Assembly: GCA_037442825.1 (NCBI GenBank) | Contig: JBBIPN010000012.1 | Coordinates: 1-24,951 of the forward strand | Source: Sulfurihydrogenibium sp. | GTDB taxonomy: Bacteria > Aquificota > Aquificia > Aquificales > Hydrogenothermaceae | Direction of reading: 5' to 3' | DNA length: 24,951 nucleotides | Part shown: positions 9,301 to 19,556 of the stretch, piece by piece | Layout: every line of letters begins with the position of its first letter | Numbering within the stretch: position 1 is the stretch's first letter | The notes under the pieces: model-generated | Database searches by the model: none | What the model was told of the DNA's origin: nothing | The model's input: only the letters and a program-made list of their open reading frames with translations | Position numbers and translations under genes: made by a program

Positions 9301-10114
9301 TATCTATGTCTTTCTTTTTGCTGGCAATAAGATTTAATTTTATTCCTTGAATGTTTAAACCATCGTAGTCATAAGCGATAGAAGTTAGATTTGTATTGCT
9401 ATAAAATGTTTTATCATCGTTAAATATAAGATTTTTAACTAAAATATTAAATTTATCATATTTGATATTTACATTATTTATTTGAATATAACTTGGGTAT
9501 ATATCAATTTTATTTTTTAAAATGATGAAATTATAACTTTTTTTATCTTTTTCAACAATTGTTTTCACATCATCTTTTAAATATACACTACTTTTTATAT
9601 TCTTTAATTTTAGATTTTCTAAAGTTAGGTCTGTATTTTCTGAGATGTTTTTTATAATAAACTGTCCATATTTCAAATCAAAATCAACATAGTTTGTAAA
9701 AAGATAGGAATAAAATATACCTTCGATTTTTTTAGAAGGTTGTTCTTTTAAATCGTTAATATATAAACCTTCTAAATTATTTGCTTGTAAATATAAGACA
9801 GGTTGAGTACCAAATATTCCTTTTAAATTAATCTGTCCTTGAATATTTTTTATTTTAATATCATATTTTTTATTATCGTAAACTCTAACGTAACTACAAA
9901 AAAAATTAGATTTGTCTAAATGACAATCCTCTTCTATATAGATACCGTAAACGTTTAGTATTTTCTTAACGTTAGATAATAGAAAAATAGCTGTTAAAAA
10001 AATTATAAAAATAAATATCAAGGAAGAAAAAATATTTATAAAAAATTTTATAACGTTTACAAGAGACCTGTTATTCTTTATTTTATTAAAAATTTTTTTC
10101 AAATCCACAGACAA
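6329..10114 (-). CDS. tamB: TamB/AsmA-like translocation and assembly module protein
   Basis: 1261 aa with a single N-terminal TM anchor and long beta-rich repeats. C-terminal DUF490-like region (YNPEINGNIKI..G, LSGTA....YDFYSTPPKSKNEILTILL, QKYLTRKIYI, terminal F). TTG start with AAGGA SD. Confidence 0.8.
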   Translation of the reverse strand: MSVDLKKIFNKIKNNRSLVNVIKFFINIFSSLIFIFIIFLTAIFLLSNVKKILNVYGIYIEEDCHLDKSNFFCSYVRVYDNKKYDIKIKNIQGQINLKGIFGTQPVLYLQANNLEGLYINDLKEQPSKKIEGIFYSYLFTNYVDFDLKYGQFIIKNISENTDLTLENLKLKNIKSSVYLKDDVKTIVEKDKKSYNFIILKNKIDIYPSYIQINNVNIKYDKFNILVKNLIFNDDKTFYSNTNLTSIAYDYDGLNIQGIKLNLIASKKKDIDIKLNGKADSVVKSVVKNNINIKNINLNGKLEIKEKENNSLLNGNIKIVLFNTNYDSINLGKVDLNIDIKDNQLYGTLVSKLLEGKFKTQKDKIIGDVNVKSLNKLISLIKKNEITNSIDGLLNGNFIYDNKDKNLNFELNITKPKFIGFEYNIAKIKGNLEINKKILTLKGDINKNISKIYLDGAITDKDYKLNLYFSNASLEDLIFLKDIPIKGIVDGSGNISGDFKNININLLGIGKSFSYEEIDLKNVNYKFNLQNNLINVSGYYQDQLKYNVSINTDKRETDINLMFKNLNLEFTKNYLAKHLELINKFSLDKGSGKLDINVKNKDWIAKLNIPNLKLILQDYNIPINLSIDGVLTTKSKDLKIEVSSNQIKFKDYYIDNIKSTIKILNDDLSYTLNINSEKLNNDLKNLSLISKGLYSLSKNVIKGNINSKLNYNENPFSLDINLSGSLDRYTGNLDVRYKDITVKGKVEGDKEKLVLNTQSLKLPVTKTVSVYLSNIFLSLNIDKNNILNSSGIFSIKNLSIKEKDLVLFEFSELKGLLKDKSVLVSKSYFEGIFKGFVEKFIFNVENSTIDSYIVGEVDKRYISQFLRYANIEGKINFLFNYKGSIKNILTKGRFELEGKNIKVKSAFLSNMLVVNKISIKLKDLLYLSADGSTKSVFGDSSIRLEGSVDLDKKIGNVDINSQLLPIKYQNIFNGVLNTETDIKIDKEKVYIVGKNQITGKINIEPNFLENGNGTQKSDYLKNINLNVKLNTFSPITIEGSWGRVYAEGSLEIINTAYNPEINGNIKISYGKVNFLKVKYNIDFLNINIIKNIAYINGRLSTNVSGTYIYVNLSGTANNIRYDFYSTPPKSKNEILTILLIKQTPEQLASSGFFSIVGNVAKLFLPFKQESEESGLFGTGFNVNVVPSYNPTQGISFNVYIQKYLTRKIYIGLSKPLSNSSTISNFGWYEGGYKLTERSSFVIKFFENNSRSGEITFTLPFDF
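9254..9277. repeat. 12-bp in-frame tandem duplication in tamB (encodes SVVK-SVVK)
   Basis: TTTTACAACAGA at 9254-9265 and 9266-9277. Confidence 0.85.
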
Positions 10115-10140
10115 TACAATCCTTAATATAAGTTTTATAA

Positions 10141-10149
10141 ATTATAGCA
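10141..10149 (-). promoter_or_regulatory. Extended -10 promoter (TGCTATAAT) for tamB
   Basis: Perfect TGnTATAAT on the minus strand, about 27 nt upstream of the TTG start. Confidence 0.6.
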
Positions 10150-10164
10150 TTTAAATGTTCCTTT

Positions 10165-10192
10165 TAAAAATATGAAGAATATCATATTTTTA
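10165..10192. promoter_or_regulatory. Perfect 11-6-11 inverted repeat, candidate dimeric transcription factor site
   Basis: TAAAAATATGA-AGAATA-TCATATTTTTA lies between the divergent -10 elements (10141-10149 minus; TATAAT 10196-10201 plus). Confidence 0.55.
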
Positions 10193-10233
10193 TATTATAA
10201 TACTTACAGTATTAAAACCTTGAGGTGATTATA

Positions 10234-11223
10234 ATGAATAAAGCAAGTGAAGCATATCATCTTTTAAACAAAGCTATTTATCATTATGAAAATGACAATT
10301 TTGAAACCGCTATAACTCTTTTAGATGAAGCTTTACTTATAGACCCTGATATATCAGAAGTTCACTACTGGAGAGGCAAGGTTGCTACACATGATTTAAA
10401 CCAAGAAAGTTTAGAAGTTGCAATAGTTGAATTTTCTGAGGCTATAAGGTTAAAACCTGACTATGCAGATAGTTATTTTGAAAGAGGTAAAGTGTATTTA
10501 CAAAAAGGAGAGTTTAAAGAAGCTAAAAAAGATTTACTTGAAGCTATTAAACTAAATCCAAAAATTAAAGAAGCTTACTCGTTACTTGCACAAATTGAGC
10601 TTATACATGGAAATGATAATGAAGCAATGAAGTACCTTGAAAAAGTTTCACACCAAGAAGGAGATGATAGATATTACTATTCACTTGGAAAAATCTTATA
10701 CAATGCTGGAAAATACCAAAAAGCAATAGAACAGTTTAATAAAACACTTGAGAAAAATAAATACTTTGTAGATGCTTATGTTTATAAAGCACATTCTCTC
10801 GCTAAATTAGGAAATTATGAAGAAGCTATTGAAAATTTAAGAAAGGCTGTTATGTTGGTTCCAGAAGAAATTGACTACTTTTTGGATATTTCAAAATACT
10901 ACTTTGAAATTGGAAAGCAGAAAGCAAAAGAAGGTAAAAATATAGAATCTGCTGAAAATTTTGTTAAAGGTTTACAGATAGACTACAATCTTAAAATTGA
11001 GAAAGAGTATATCCCTGTTATTATGAAAGCTGTTGAGGAACTTTTAGAAAAGAAAAACTATAAAGAATCGTTAGACCTTTTAGATCAGCTTGAGTTAATC
11101 GTAAAAGAACCAGAATATTTTGAATTTAAAGATAACTTTGATAAATTAAAAAAACAGGTATTAAAATCATTGCCACTGAAAGATAAAGTGATAAAATTTA
11201 TTACTGATATTTATACTAAATAA
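10234..11223 (+). CDS. Tetratricopeptide repeat protein
   Basis: Multiple TPR units (e.g. AIRLKPDYADSYFERGKVY, AIKLNPKIKEAYSLLAQ, DAYVYKAHSLAKLGNYEEAIENLRKAV). ATG at 10234 sits 5 nt after GAGGTGA, so it is preferred over GTG 10225. Confidence 0.9.
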   Translation: MNKASEAYHLLNKAIYHYENDNFETAITLLDEALLIDPDISEVHYWRGKVATHDLNQESLEVAIVEFSEAIRLKPDYADSYFERGKVYLQKGEFKEAKKDLLEAIKLNPKIKEAYSLLAQIELIHGNDNEAMKYLEKVSHQEGDDRYYYSLGKILYNAGKYQKAIEQFNKTLEKNKYFVDAYVYKAHSLAKLGNYEEAIENLRKAVMLVPEEIDYFLDISKYYFEIGKQKAKEGKNIESAENFVKGLQIDYNLKIEKEYIPVIMKAVEELLEKKNYKESLDLLDQLELIVKEPEYFEFKDNFDKLKKQVLKSLPLKDKVIKFITDIYTK

Positions 11224-13156
<1,933 letters not shown>

Positions 13157-13160
<4 letters not shown>

Positions 13161-14236
13161 AAATACTTTGGTTAAATGCAAATCCAAACCCAAATCCTGG
13201 TGGAACGGAACAGCACTCAATAGATTTTATAAATTACTTGGAAAATATAAAAGATATTGAACTTTATAAAGTTGTTGGAAAAGGAAGTTTTGTTGATAAA
13301 AACACAACAGATAAAAACAAAGTTTATATATCTTTAAAATCTGAATTTTCACCATTAAGCACGTTTAAACTAATAAATTTAGCAAAAAAGTTAAAACCTG
13401 ATTTTATATTTGGAAACAATGGTAATGAATATATAAATACATTTTTAGCTGGAAAAATATCTGGTGCAAAGATAATATTATTTAGACATATGCTTAACTA
13501 CCAACCATTTTTTAATAGAAAGTTTATTTTACCTCACGTTGATAAAATTTTTGCAGTAAGTGAAGCAAGTAAAAGAAGACTTTTAAAAGATGGTATAAAA
13601 GAAGAAAAAATAACCGTATTACCAAACTTTATAGATGAAACTAAGTTTTACTATGACCAAGAGGAAAAGTTAAAAATTAAAGAACATTTAGGAATTTCTA
13701 AAGATGAAAAAGTAATAACGTTTATAGGAAAAGTAGATAAAGGTAAAGGTATATTTGATTTTGTAGAAATTGCTAACTATCTTTCTCAAAAGTATAGTAA
13801 TTTAAAATTCTTAATAATTGGAGATGGTAGAGATTTAGAAAAAGCTAAAAGTATGATTAAAAACAAAGAAAAATTTATTATTACAGGATTTACAGATAAA
13901 CCTTACTACTATTTAAAAGCTTCTGATTTTGTCCTTGTTTTATCAAGGAATGAAGAAAGTTTTGGAAGAACTGTTATTGAAGGATTTTCTGTTAAAGGGT
14001 TGGTTATTGTTTACGATGTTGAAAATTTAAAGTATTTAGTAAAAGATTCTATAAATGGTTTTGTAGTAGAAAACGGAAACACAAAAGAAGCAATATCAAA
14101 GATTGAGCTACTCCTATCTGATAAAGAAAAGTATACTAAAATAGTAGAAGAAGGTTATAAAGAGTTTAAAACAAACTTTACAAAAGATAAAATAATAGGA
14201 AAATTTTTAAAGGAGCTTAAAAATCTTAGCAGTTAA
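13157..14236 (+). CDS. Glycosyltransferase family 4
   Basis: GGTEQH, AVSE, VLPNFID, FIGKVDKGKG, IGDG and EESFGRTVIEG motifs. The likely start is TTG 13157, overlapping the deacetylase stop, with a GGAAGGT SD. ATG 13142 is the alternative. Confidence 0.9.
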
Positions 14237-15884
14237 ATTTATTTATAATAACTTTAAAAGATACTGGATATTTTTAGTTTTAGCTTTAATTGGTAGTTTA
14301 GTAGAAGCTGGAGCAGTAGCTGGTTTAACGTTTATAGTAAAAGATATTATAGACAAAGTGTTTATTGAGAAAAATCTTGAGAAGTTAACTATTATTATCT
14401 TTATTATTATACTTTTAGCTTTAGTTAAACAATTTGGATTTCTTTTAAAAGAATATCTTTATCCTTATGCTTTATACAAAGTTTTAAGAGAACTTAGAGA
14501 AAAAATTTTTCAAAGAATCTTAAATGCTGACCTTTCCTTTTTCTTTGGAAAACAGTACGGAGATATTTTAAGTAGAGCCATTAACGATTTAGAAGCCTTT
14601 AGAAATACTATGGTAATGATAGGTATAGACTTTTTTACACAACTTTTTACAGTTATAGCTATGATTTTTGTATTGATTTATAGAGACTGGAAACTGTTTT
14701 TAATTTTTTTAATTGCAACACCTCTTTTTGCAATATCTTTTAACTACTTTGGGAATAAAAGAAAAAAATACTCCCAAAAAGTTCAAGAATCTGCAAGTGA
14801 ATACACCCAGTTTATAAATCAAATCATTTTTGGTCTTGAAACGATAAAACTTTTCAATGCTTCATTTATACAAAGGATATTTGAAAATATCAACGGTAGA
14901 TTTTTTAAAAATCAGAGAAAAAATGCTTTATACGATGTGCTTTTTTTATCTTCAGTAGAGATAGCATCTTATTTAGCCGCTGCCGGAATATTATTTTATG
15001 GTGGTGTAAGAATAATAAAAGGAGAGATAACAACAGGTGATTTTTTCTCGTTTTTGTCAGCTTTACTTATACTTGTAAATTCCATTCAAATATTACAAAA
15101 GGGATTAATTCAGCTAAAGGTTATCTCACCATTGGTAGATAGATTAAGTCTAATATTAGATATTCCAAAAGAAGACAAAAACGGTATAAACTTTGAAAGA
15201 GTTAAAGATAAGATAGATTATAAAAATGTATCTCTTTCATTAAATGGCATTACAATCCTAAAGAATATAAATATCTCTATAAAGAAAGGTGAAAAAGTAG
15301 GTATAGTAGGACATACAGGTTCTGGGAAAAGCACATTTTTGAAACTTTTATATGGTGTATTTCGAAATTATGAAGGAAATATTTATTTAGATGGTAGAGA
15401 ACTTAAAGATTATAATATATACTCCATTAGGGAAAATATAGCAGTGATAACTCAAGATGTGTTTATTTTTAATGATACAGTAGAAAATAATTTAAGAATT
15501 GCAAAACCAGATGCTACAGAAGAAGAACTTATAAAAGCAATAAAAAAAGCAAAAGCTGATTTTATTTTTAAACTAAAAGACAAATTAAAAACAGTTATAG
15601 GAGAAAGAGGAAGTAGCCTATCTGGTGGTGAGAGACAGAGGTTAGCCTTAGCAAGGATATTTTTAAAAAATCCAGATATCGTAATTATTGATGAAGGGAC
15701 TTCTGCATTAGATATAAATACAGAAAAAGAAGTTATGGATAGTATATATGAACATTTTAAAGATAAAACAATCTTGATAATTGCTCATAGATTAAATACC
15801 CTTGAGAAATGTAATAAGATTGTAGTTTTTGAAAATGGTGAAATAAAAGAGATTAGAGATTATATAAATAATCAAAATCTCTAA
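14223..15884 (+). CDS. MsbA-like ABC exporter (fused TMD-NBD), probably lipid A/LPS flippase
   Basis: Walker A GHTGSGKS, signature LSGGERQR, Walker B IIDEGTSALD and H-loop IAHRL. The frame stays open upstream of GTG 14358 to a stop at 14208-14210 and encodes the elbow helix and TM1. The candidate start is ATC 14223, 7 nt after AAGGAG. Confidence 0.85.
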   Translation: MLAVKFIYNNFKRYWIFLVLALIGSLVEAGAVAGLTFIVKDIIDKVFIEKNLEKLTIIIFIIILLALVKQFGFLLKEYLYPYALYKVLRELREKIFQRILNADLSFFFGKQYGDILSRAINDLEAFRNTMVMIGIDFFTQLFTVIAMIFVLIYRDWKLFLIFLIATPLFAISFNYFGNKRKKYSQKVQESASEYTQFINQIIFGLETIKLFNASFIQRIFENINGRFFKNQRKNALYDVLFLSSVEIASYLAAAGILFYGGVRIIKGEITTGDFFSFLSALLILVNSIQILQKGLIQLKVISPLVDRLSLILDIPKEDKNGINFERVKDKIDYKNVSLSLNGITILKNINISIKKGEKVGIVGHTGSGKSTFLKLLYGVFRNYEGNIYLDGRELKDYNIYSIRENIAVITQDVFIFNDTVENNLRIAKPDATEEELIKAIKKAKADFIFKLKDKLKTVIGERGSSLSGGERQRLALARIFLKNPDIVIIDEGTSALDINTEKEVMDSIYEHFKDKTILIIAHRLNTLEKCNKIVVFENGEIKEIRDYINNQNL

Positions 15885-16896
15885 AAAGCTGATTGATATT
15901 GTTGTTTACAACTCTACAAATAGTTTTTTCATTATAGTGATAGTGTTCAGGATTATCAAAGTTAAAAAGGGCTAACGTTGGTTTTCTTAAAGCAATAGCT
16001 ATATGGTAAGGTCCGCTATCACTAGAAATTACTAATTTACCTAAATTTATAGCTCCTACCAGTTCTAAAATTGAAGTTTCACCTGCTATATCGTAAGTAG
16101 GATAGTTATATTTTTGAGTGTAATATTTAATAAACTGTTGATTTATTTCTTTTTCAAAAGGTGCTCCTACTAGTACAGGAACTAATTTATATTTTTCGTA
16201 TCCATATTTTAATAAAACTTCATAGAATTTAAAATCTGGTCTTTTAATTCTTGCATCTTCTGTACCGCAACCAATATTAACAATCAAAATATTATCATCT
16301 AAATTTAATCTTCTTTTTAAACTTTCTCTAAACTTCTTTCCTTCTTCTGTTTCTTCCAACTCAATTTGAATGTTTTCTCTTTTAATATTTAGTTTATCAA
16401 GAACTACAAAATCTCTATCTGTATAGTTTAAAACCTCCATACCATACTTTTTTTTAAACGTTTTTATAGAATTTGCATAGTATCTGTATAAGAGACCTCT
16501 TGGAAATATTTCATTAATACCTAAGGTAAGAATTTTATATTTTATTCTACCGATTAAAGATACAATCGTAGTTTCTAAACCATATGGTTCAAAATCTATA
16601 ATAAAATCTGGTTTAACCTTTTTTATAATATTATCACTTTCTACAATAGCTTTTTTAAAATCTTTGATACTATTAAACCATTCTTTATTTAATGTATAGA
16701 AACTATCTAAAAGATGATGTCTTTTTATCAATTCTTCAGATGGATATCCAGGATGATTTGTTATAAATAGAAGGTTAAGTTTAACATCTGGATTTTTATT
16801 TTTTATAGCTCTCCAAGCAGCAGAACTTCTTAAAATATCACCAATACCGGCACTGTGAGATTTTAGAAGCAGGATATTTTTAAACCTTTCAATCAC
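15853..16896 (-). CDS. Glycosyltransferase family 9 (LPS heptosyltransferase-like)
   Basis: SAGIGDIL, DIAGETSILEL and ISSDSGPYHIAIAL.KPTLALF motifs. GTG start overlaps the citrate synthase stop (GTGA). Confidence 0.9.
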   Translation of the reverse strand: MIERFKNILLLKSHSAGIGDILRSSAAWRAIKNKNPDVKLNLLFITNHPGYPSEELIKRHHLLDSFYTLNKEWFNSIKDFKKAIVESDNIIKKVKPDFIIDFEPYGLETTIVSLIGRIKYKILTLGINEIFPRGLLYRYYANSIKTFKKKYGMEVLNYTDRDFVVLDKLNIKRENIQIELEETEEGKKFRESLKRRLNLDDNILIVNIGCGTEDARIKRPDFKFYEVLLKYGYEKYKLVPVLVGAPFEKEINQQFIKYYTQKYNYPTYDIAGETSILELVGAINLGKLVISSDSGPYHIAIALRKPTLALFNFDNPEHYHYNEKTICRVVNNNINQLFRDFDYLYNL

Positions 16897-18026
16897 TGTC
16901 TATCCTTAATATTGACGTAAGGTTTATATTCTTCACCTATGTATATTTCTGTAGGTCTAATAAGTTTATTGTTTGAGATGTACTCAAGCCAGTGGGCTAA
17001 CCAACCACTTACTCTTGCTAATGCAAAAAGAGAACTAAACATATCTTCATCAAAACCTAAGTATTTGTATATAAGTCCAGAATAAAAATCAACGTTAGGA
17101 TATACACCTTTGTGAGAAATCTTTTCTAATGTATACTCTTCAACAGCTTTAGCTACATATACTAAATTTTGTAGTTTACTATCTTTTATATTTAAGCTGT
17201 TTAAAATCTCTTTCAATATCTTTGCTCTTGGGTCATATGTCTTATATACTCTATGACCAAAACCTGGTATCTTCTCTTTTTTTTCTAACTTGTTGTTTAT
17301 GTAAAGTTTTACATTATCTACACTCCCTATCTCTTCTAACATTTTTATAACATTTTCGTTTGCTCCACCGTGTAAAGGTCCAGATAACGCTCCTAAAGCA
17401 GAAGAGATAACAGTAAAAGGGTCAGTAAGTGTAGAGCCTACAACAATAGTTGCAAAAGTTGAAGCATTTAAACTATGTTCCCCATGAAGTATAAAACATT
17501 TATCCAATATATCTACTTTTTCTTTAGTTGGTTTTTTACCAAAGCACATATATAAAAAGTTTTCAGTATAGTTTAAATCTAAGTTTGGTTCTATTGAGTT
17601 ATCGCCGTTTCTTATTCTATTCCACGAAGCTAATATATTTGGAAGTTTAGCAATAAGTTTTACCGTAGATAGATATTGGTAATCTTTATCTAAAACGTTT
17701 TCTTTTCTATAAAACATTCCTAAGGAAGAAACTACAGATTGAAGTACTTCCATTGGGTGAGCTTTTTCAGGAAAATTTTTCATTACATCTATTATTCTAA
17801 ATTTTAATTTAGAGTGGGATTTTATATCTTCTTCAAATTTTTGTAGCTGTGTATATAATGGGAGTTCACCAAATATAAGTAGATAAGCTGTCTCTAAAAA
17901 GTTAGAGTTTTCTACAAGTTCTTTAACATCATACCCTCGATAGAGAAGTCTTCCATTTTTTCCATCTAACAAGCAGATCTTAGAATATTTGACAGGTACA
18001 TCTGCTAAACCTGGTATAACTTCCAT
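16893..18026 (-). CDS. gltA: Citrate (Si)-synthase, short (~377 aa) type
   Basis: PGL..V, LLYRGY, HGEHSLNASTF, GPLHGGANE, GFGHRVYK..DPRA, YPNVDFYSG and LIRP. Catalytic His/His/Asp are present. Confidence 0.93.
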   Translation of the reverse strand: MEVIPGLADVPVKYSKICLLDGKNGRLLYRGYDVKELVENSNFLETAYLLIFGELPLYTQLQKFEEDIKSHSKLKFRIIDVMKNFPEKAHPMEVLQSVVSSLGMFYRKENVLDKDYQYLSTVKLIAKLPNILASWNRIRNGDNSIEPNLDLNYTENFLYMCFGKKPTKEKVDILDKCFILHGEHSLNASTFATIVVGSTLTDPFTVISSALGALSGPLHGGANENVIKMLEEIGSVDNVKLYINNKLEKKEKIPGFGHRVYKTYDPRAKILKEILNSLNIKDSKLQNLVYVAKAVEEYTLEKISHKGVYPNVDFYSGLIYKYLGFDEDMFSSLFALARVSGWLAHWLEYISNNKLIRPTEIYIGEEYKPYVNIKDRQ

Positions 18027-18035
18027 ACTTAACCT

Positions 18036-18884
18036 CTATGATAAGAAATCTTTTAAATGTTTCTTTAATGCTAAAGCTTTTAATTTTTTTAAAGCTCTCT
18101 GTTCAAGCTGTCTAACTCTCTCCCTAGATATATTTAATTTTTCTCCTACTTCTTCCAATGTTTTTGGTTCTTCAACCTCAAGTCCATATCTTAATATAAT
18201 TATCTCTCTTTCTCTCTCATCAAGAATGTTAAGAAGTTCTTCTAAATCTTTATGTAATGTCTCTTTTACAATATTTTCTTCTATATCTTCCGTACCTTTT
18301 TTTGATAGAATATCAAGAAGTGTAAAACCTTCTTCGCTATTTTCTCCAATAGGCATATCTAATGAAATAGGTAGTCTTACTATAGACAATGCATTTCTAA
18401 CTTTCTTAGCAGATGTGTTAAGTCTTTTTGCTATCTCTTCTTCTGTTGGTTCTTTTCCAAGTTCTTCTTTAAGTTTTTCATAAACATCTTTTACTTTTGC
18501 TATAAAAATAGATTCTTTTATAGGTATTCTTACTGCACCTGTTTGCTGAAATATTGTTTGCATTATAGCCTGCCTTATCCACCAAACTGCATAGGAGATA
18601 AATTTAACATTTTTATCTGGATCAAATCTTTTTGCAGCTTCAATTAAACCAAGATTACCTGCAGCTATAAGGTCTGTTAATGGAACACCCCAACCCATAA
18701 AGTTTTTTGAAATATTAACTACAAATTTTAAGTTTCCTTCAACAAGTTTCTTTAAAGCTTCCTTATCTCCTTTTTTTGCACGTATTGCCAACTCTCTTTC
18801 TTGTTCAGGAGTAAGCATTGGATGCTTACCCATCTGTTGCATATATAACTGTAAAGTAGTTAGTTCATCTGTATTTTCTGCCAT
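18036..18884 (-). CDS. RNA polymerase sigma-70 factor (RpoD/RpoS-like, lacking region 1.1)
   Basis: Region 1.2 (LQLYMQQMGKHPMLTPEQE), region 2 (NLKFVV, DLIAAGNLGLIEAAKRFDP, FISYAVWWIRQAI), region 3 (PTEEEIA, ISLDMPI) and region 4 HTH (TLEEVG..LNISRERVRQLE..AL). Confidence 0.93.
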   Translation of the reverse strand: MAENTDELTTLQLYMQQMGKHPMLTPEQERELAIRAKKGDKEALKKLVEGNLKFVVNISKNFMGWGVPLTDLIAAGNLGLIEAAKRFDPDKNVKFISYAVWWIRQAIMQTIFQQTGAVRIPIKESIFIAKVKDVYEKLKEELGKEPTEEEIAKRLNTSAKKVRNALSIVRLPISLDMPIGENSEEGFTLLDILSKKGTEDIEENIVKETLHKDLEELLNILDEREREIIILRYGLEVEEPKTLEEVGEKLNISRERVRQLEQRALKKLKALALKKHLKDFLS

Positions 18885-18923
18885 ATTTAAAACTCCATTT
18901 ATGACTTATTAACCATAATTATC

Positions 18924-18952
18924 ATTTTAAAAATAATACTATACAATGACAA
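18924..18952 (-). promoter_or_regulatory. Sigma-70 promoter for the sigma factor-gltA-GT9 genes
   Basis: TTGTCA (18952-18947), 17-bp spacer, TAAAAT (18929-18924). A second register, TTGTAT-17-GATAAT, lies 6 bp downstream. Confidence 0.6.
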
Positions 18953-18955
18953 ATC

Positions 18956-19546
18956 TCAATAGTTTAAAAACTCTACACTTCCATCAGAAAACTCAACTTT
19001 ATCAAAAATAAGCTCAACTCTTAAATCCTCTTTTTTAGCATCTTTTAAGTATCTTAAATTTGGTTTTTCTGACTCATATTCTATGGATATTACTTTTATA
19101 AATGTTTCCTCCGGTTTAATTTTCATAGGTGAAAAAATATCAAGTGGTTTAGCTATATTTATAGGCTTTGATAAAATCTCATTTCCATTTTTATCGTACA
19201 CTATCATCTTTCCATAAACAACATTAACATCTTTTTTAAAATTACTTGTTATTTTAAATGTAAACTTTATTGTTTCAAACCTTTCTACAACTACATCTTC
19301 AGGTTTATGAAATTTTTTATCTACAAATGTGTACCTAACTGCTGGTTTTGATTCATCTAACAGTATAGATTCTCTTTGTTTTACTGGTTTTGTTTCTATT
19401 TGAGATTGTTTTCTCTCTAGTTTATTTAGTCTTTCTTCAATTTGTTGAACTTTTTGTTGAATTTGATTTACTTTCTCTTCTAATGTTTCTCCGTATGAAA
19501 ACGTTAAAATTGATAAAGTAGAAATTATAAAAGTGATTTTTTTCAT
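18956..19546 (-). CDS. Secreted hypothetical protein (signal peptide, coiled coil, beta-rich domain)
   Basis: ATG 19546 with AGGAGG SD (19558-19553) gives the signal peptide MKKITFIISTLSILTFSYG, followed by LEEKVNQIQQKVQQIEERLNKLE heptads. Confidence 0.8.
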   Translation of the reverse strand: MKKITFIISTLSILTFSYGETLEEKVNQIQQKVQQIEERLNKLERKQSQIETKPVKQRESILLDESKPAVRYTFVDKKFHKPEDVVVERFETIKFTFKITSNFKKDVNVVYGKMIVYDKNGNEILSKPINIAKPLDIFSPMKIKPEETFIKVISIEYESEKPNLRYLKDAKKEDLRVELIFDKVEFSDGSVEFLNY

Positions 19547-19556
19547 ATAAATCCTC

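Noticed and set aside
9144..9350. 68-aa plus-strand ORF
   Set aside because: Antisense to tamB. Its Phe/Leu/Ile richness is the complement of Lys/Asn codons.
10165..10192. 11-6-11 palindrome as a Xer dif site
   Set aside because: The geometry fits, but the inner arms are ATGA/TCAT rather than ATAA/TTAT and the XerD arm TTATGTTAAA is absent. A promoter location favours an operator.
17989..18483. 164-aa plus-strand ORF
   Set aside because: Ser/Phe-rich antisense shadow of the sigma factor gene.
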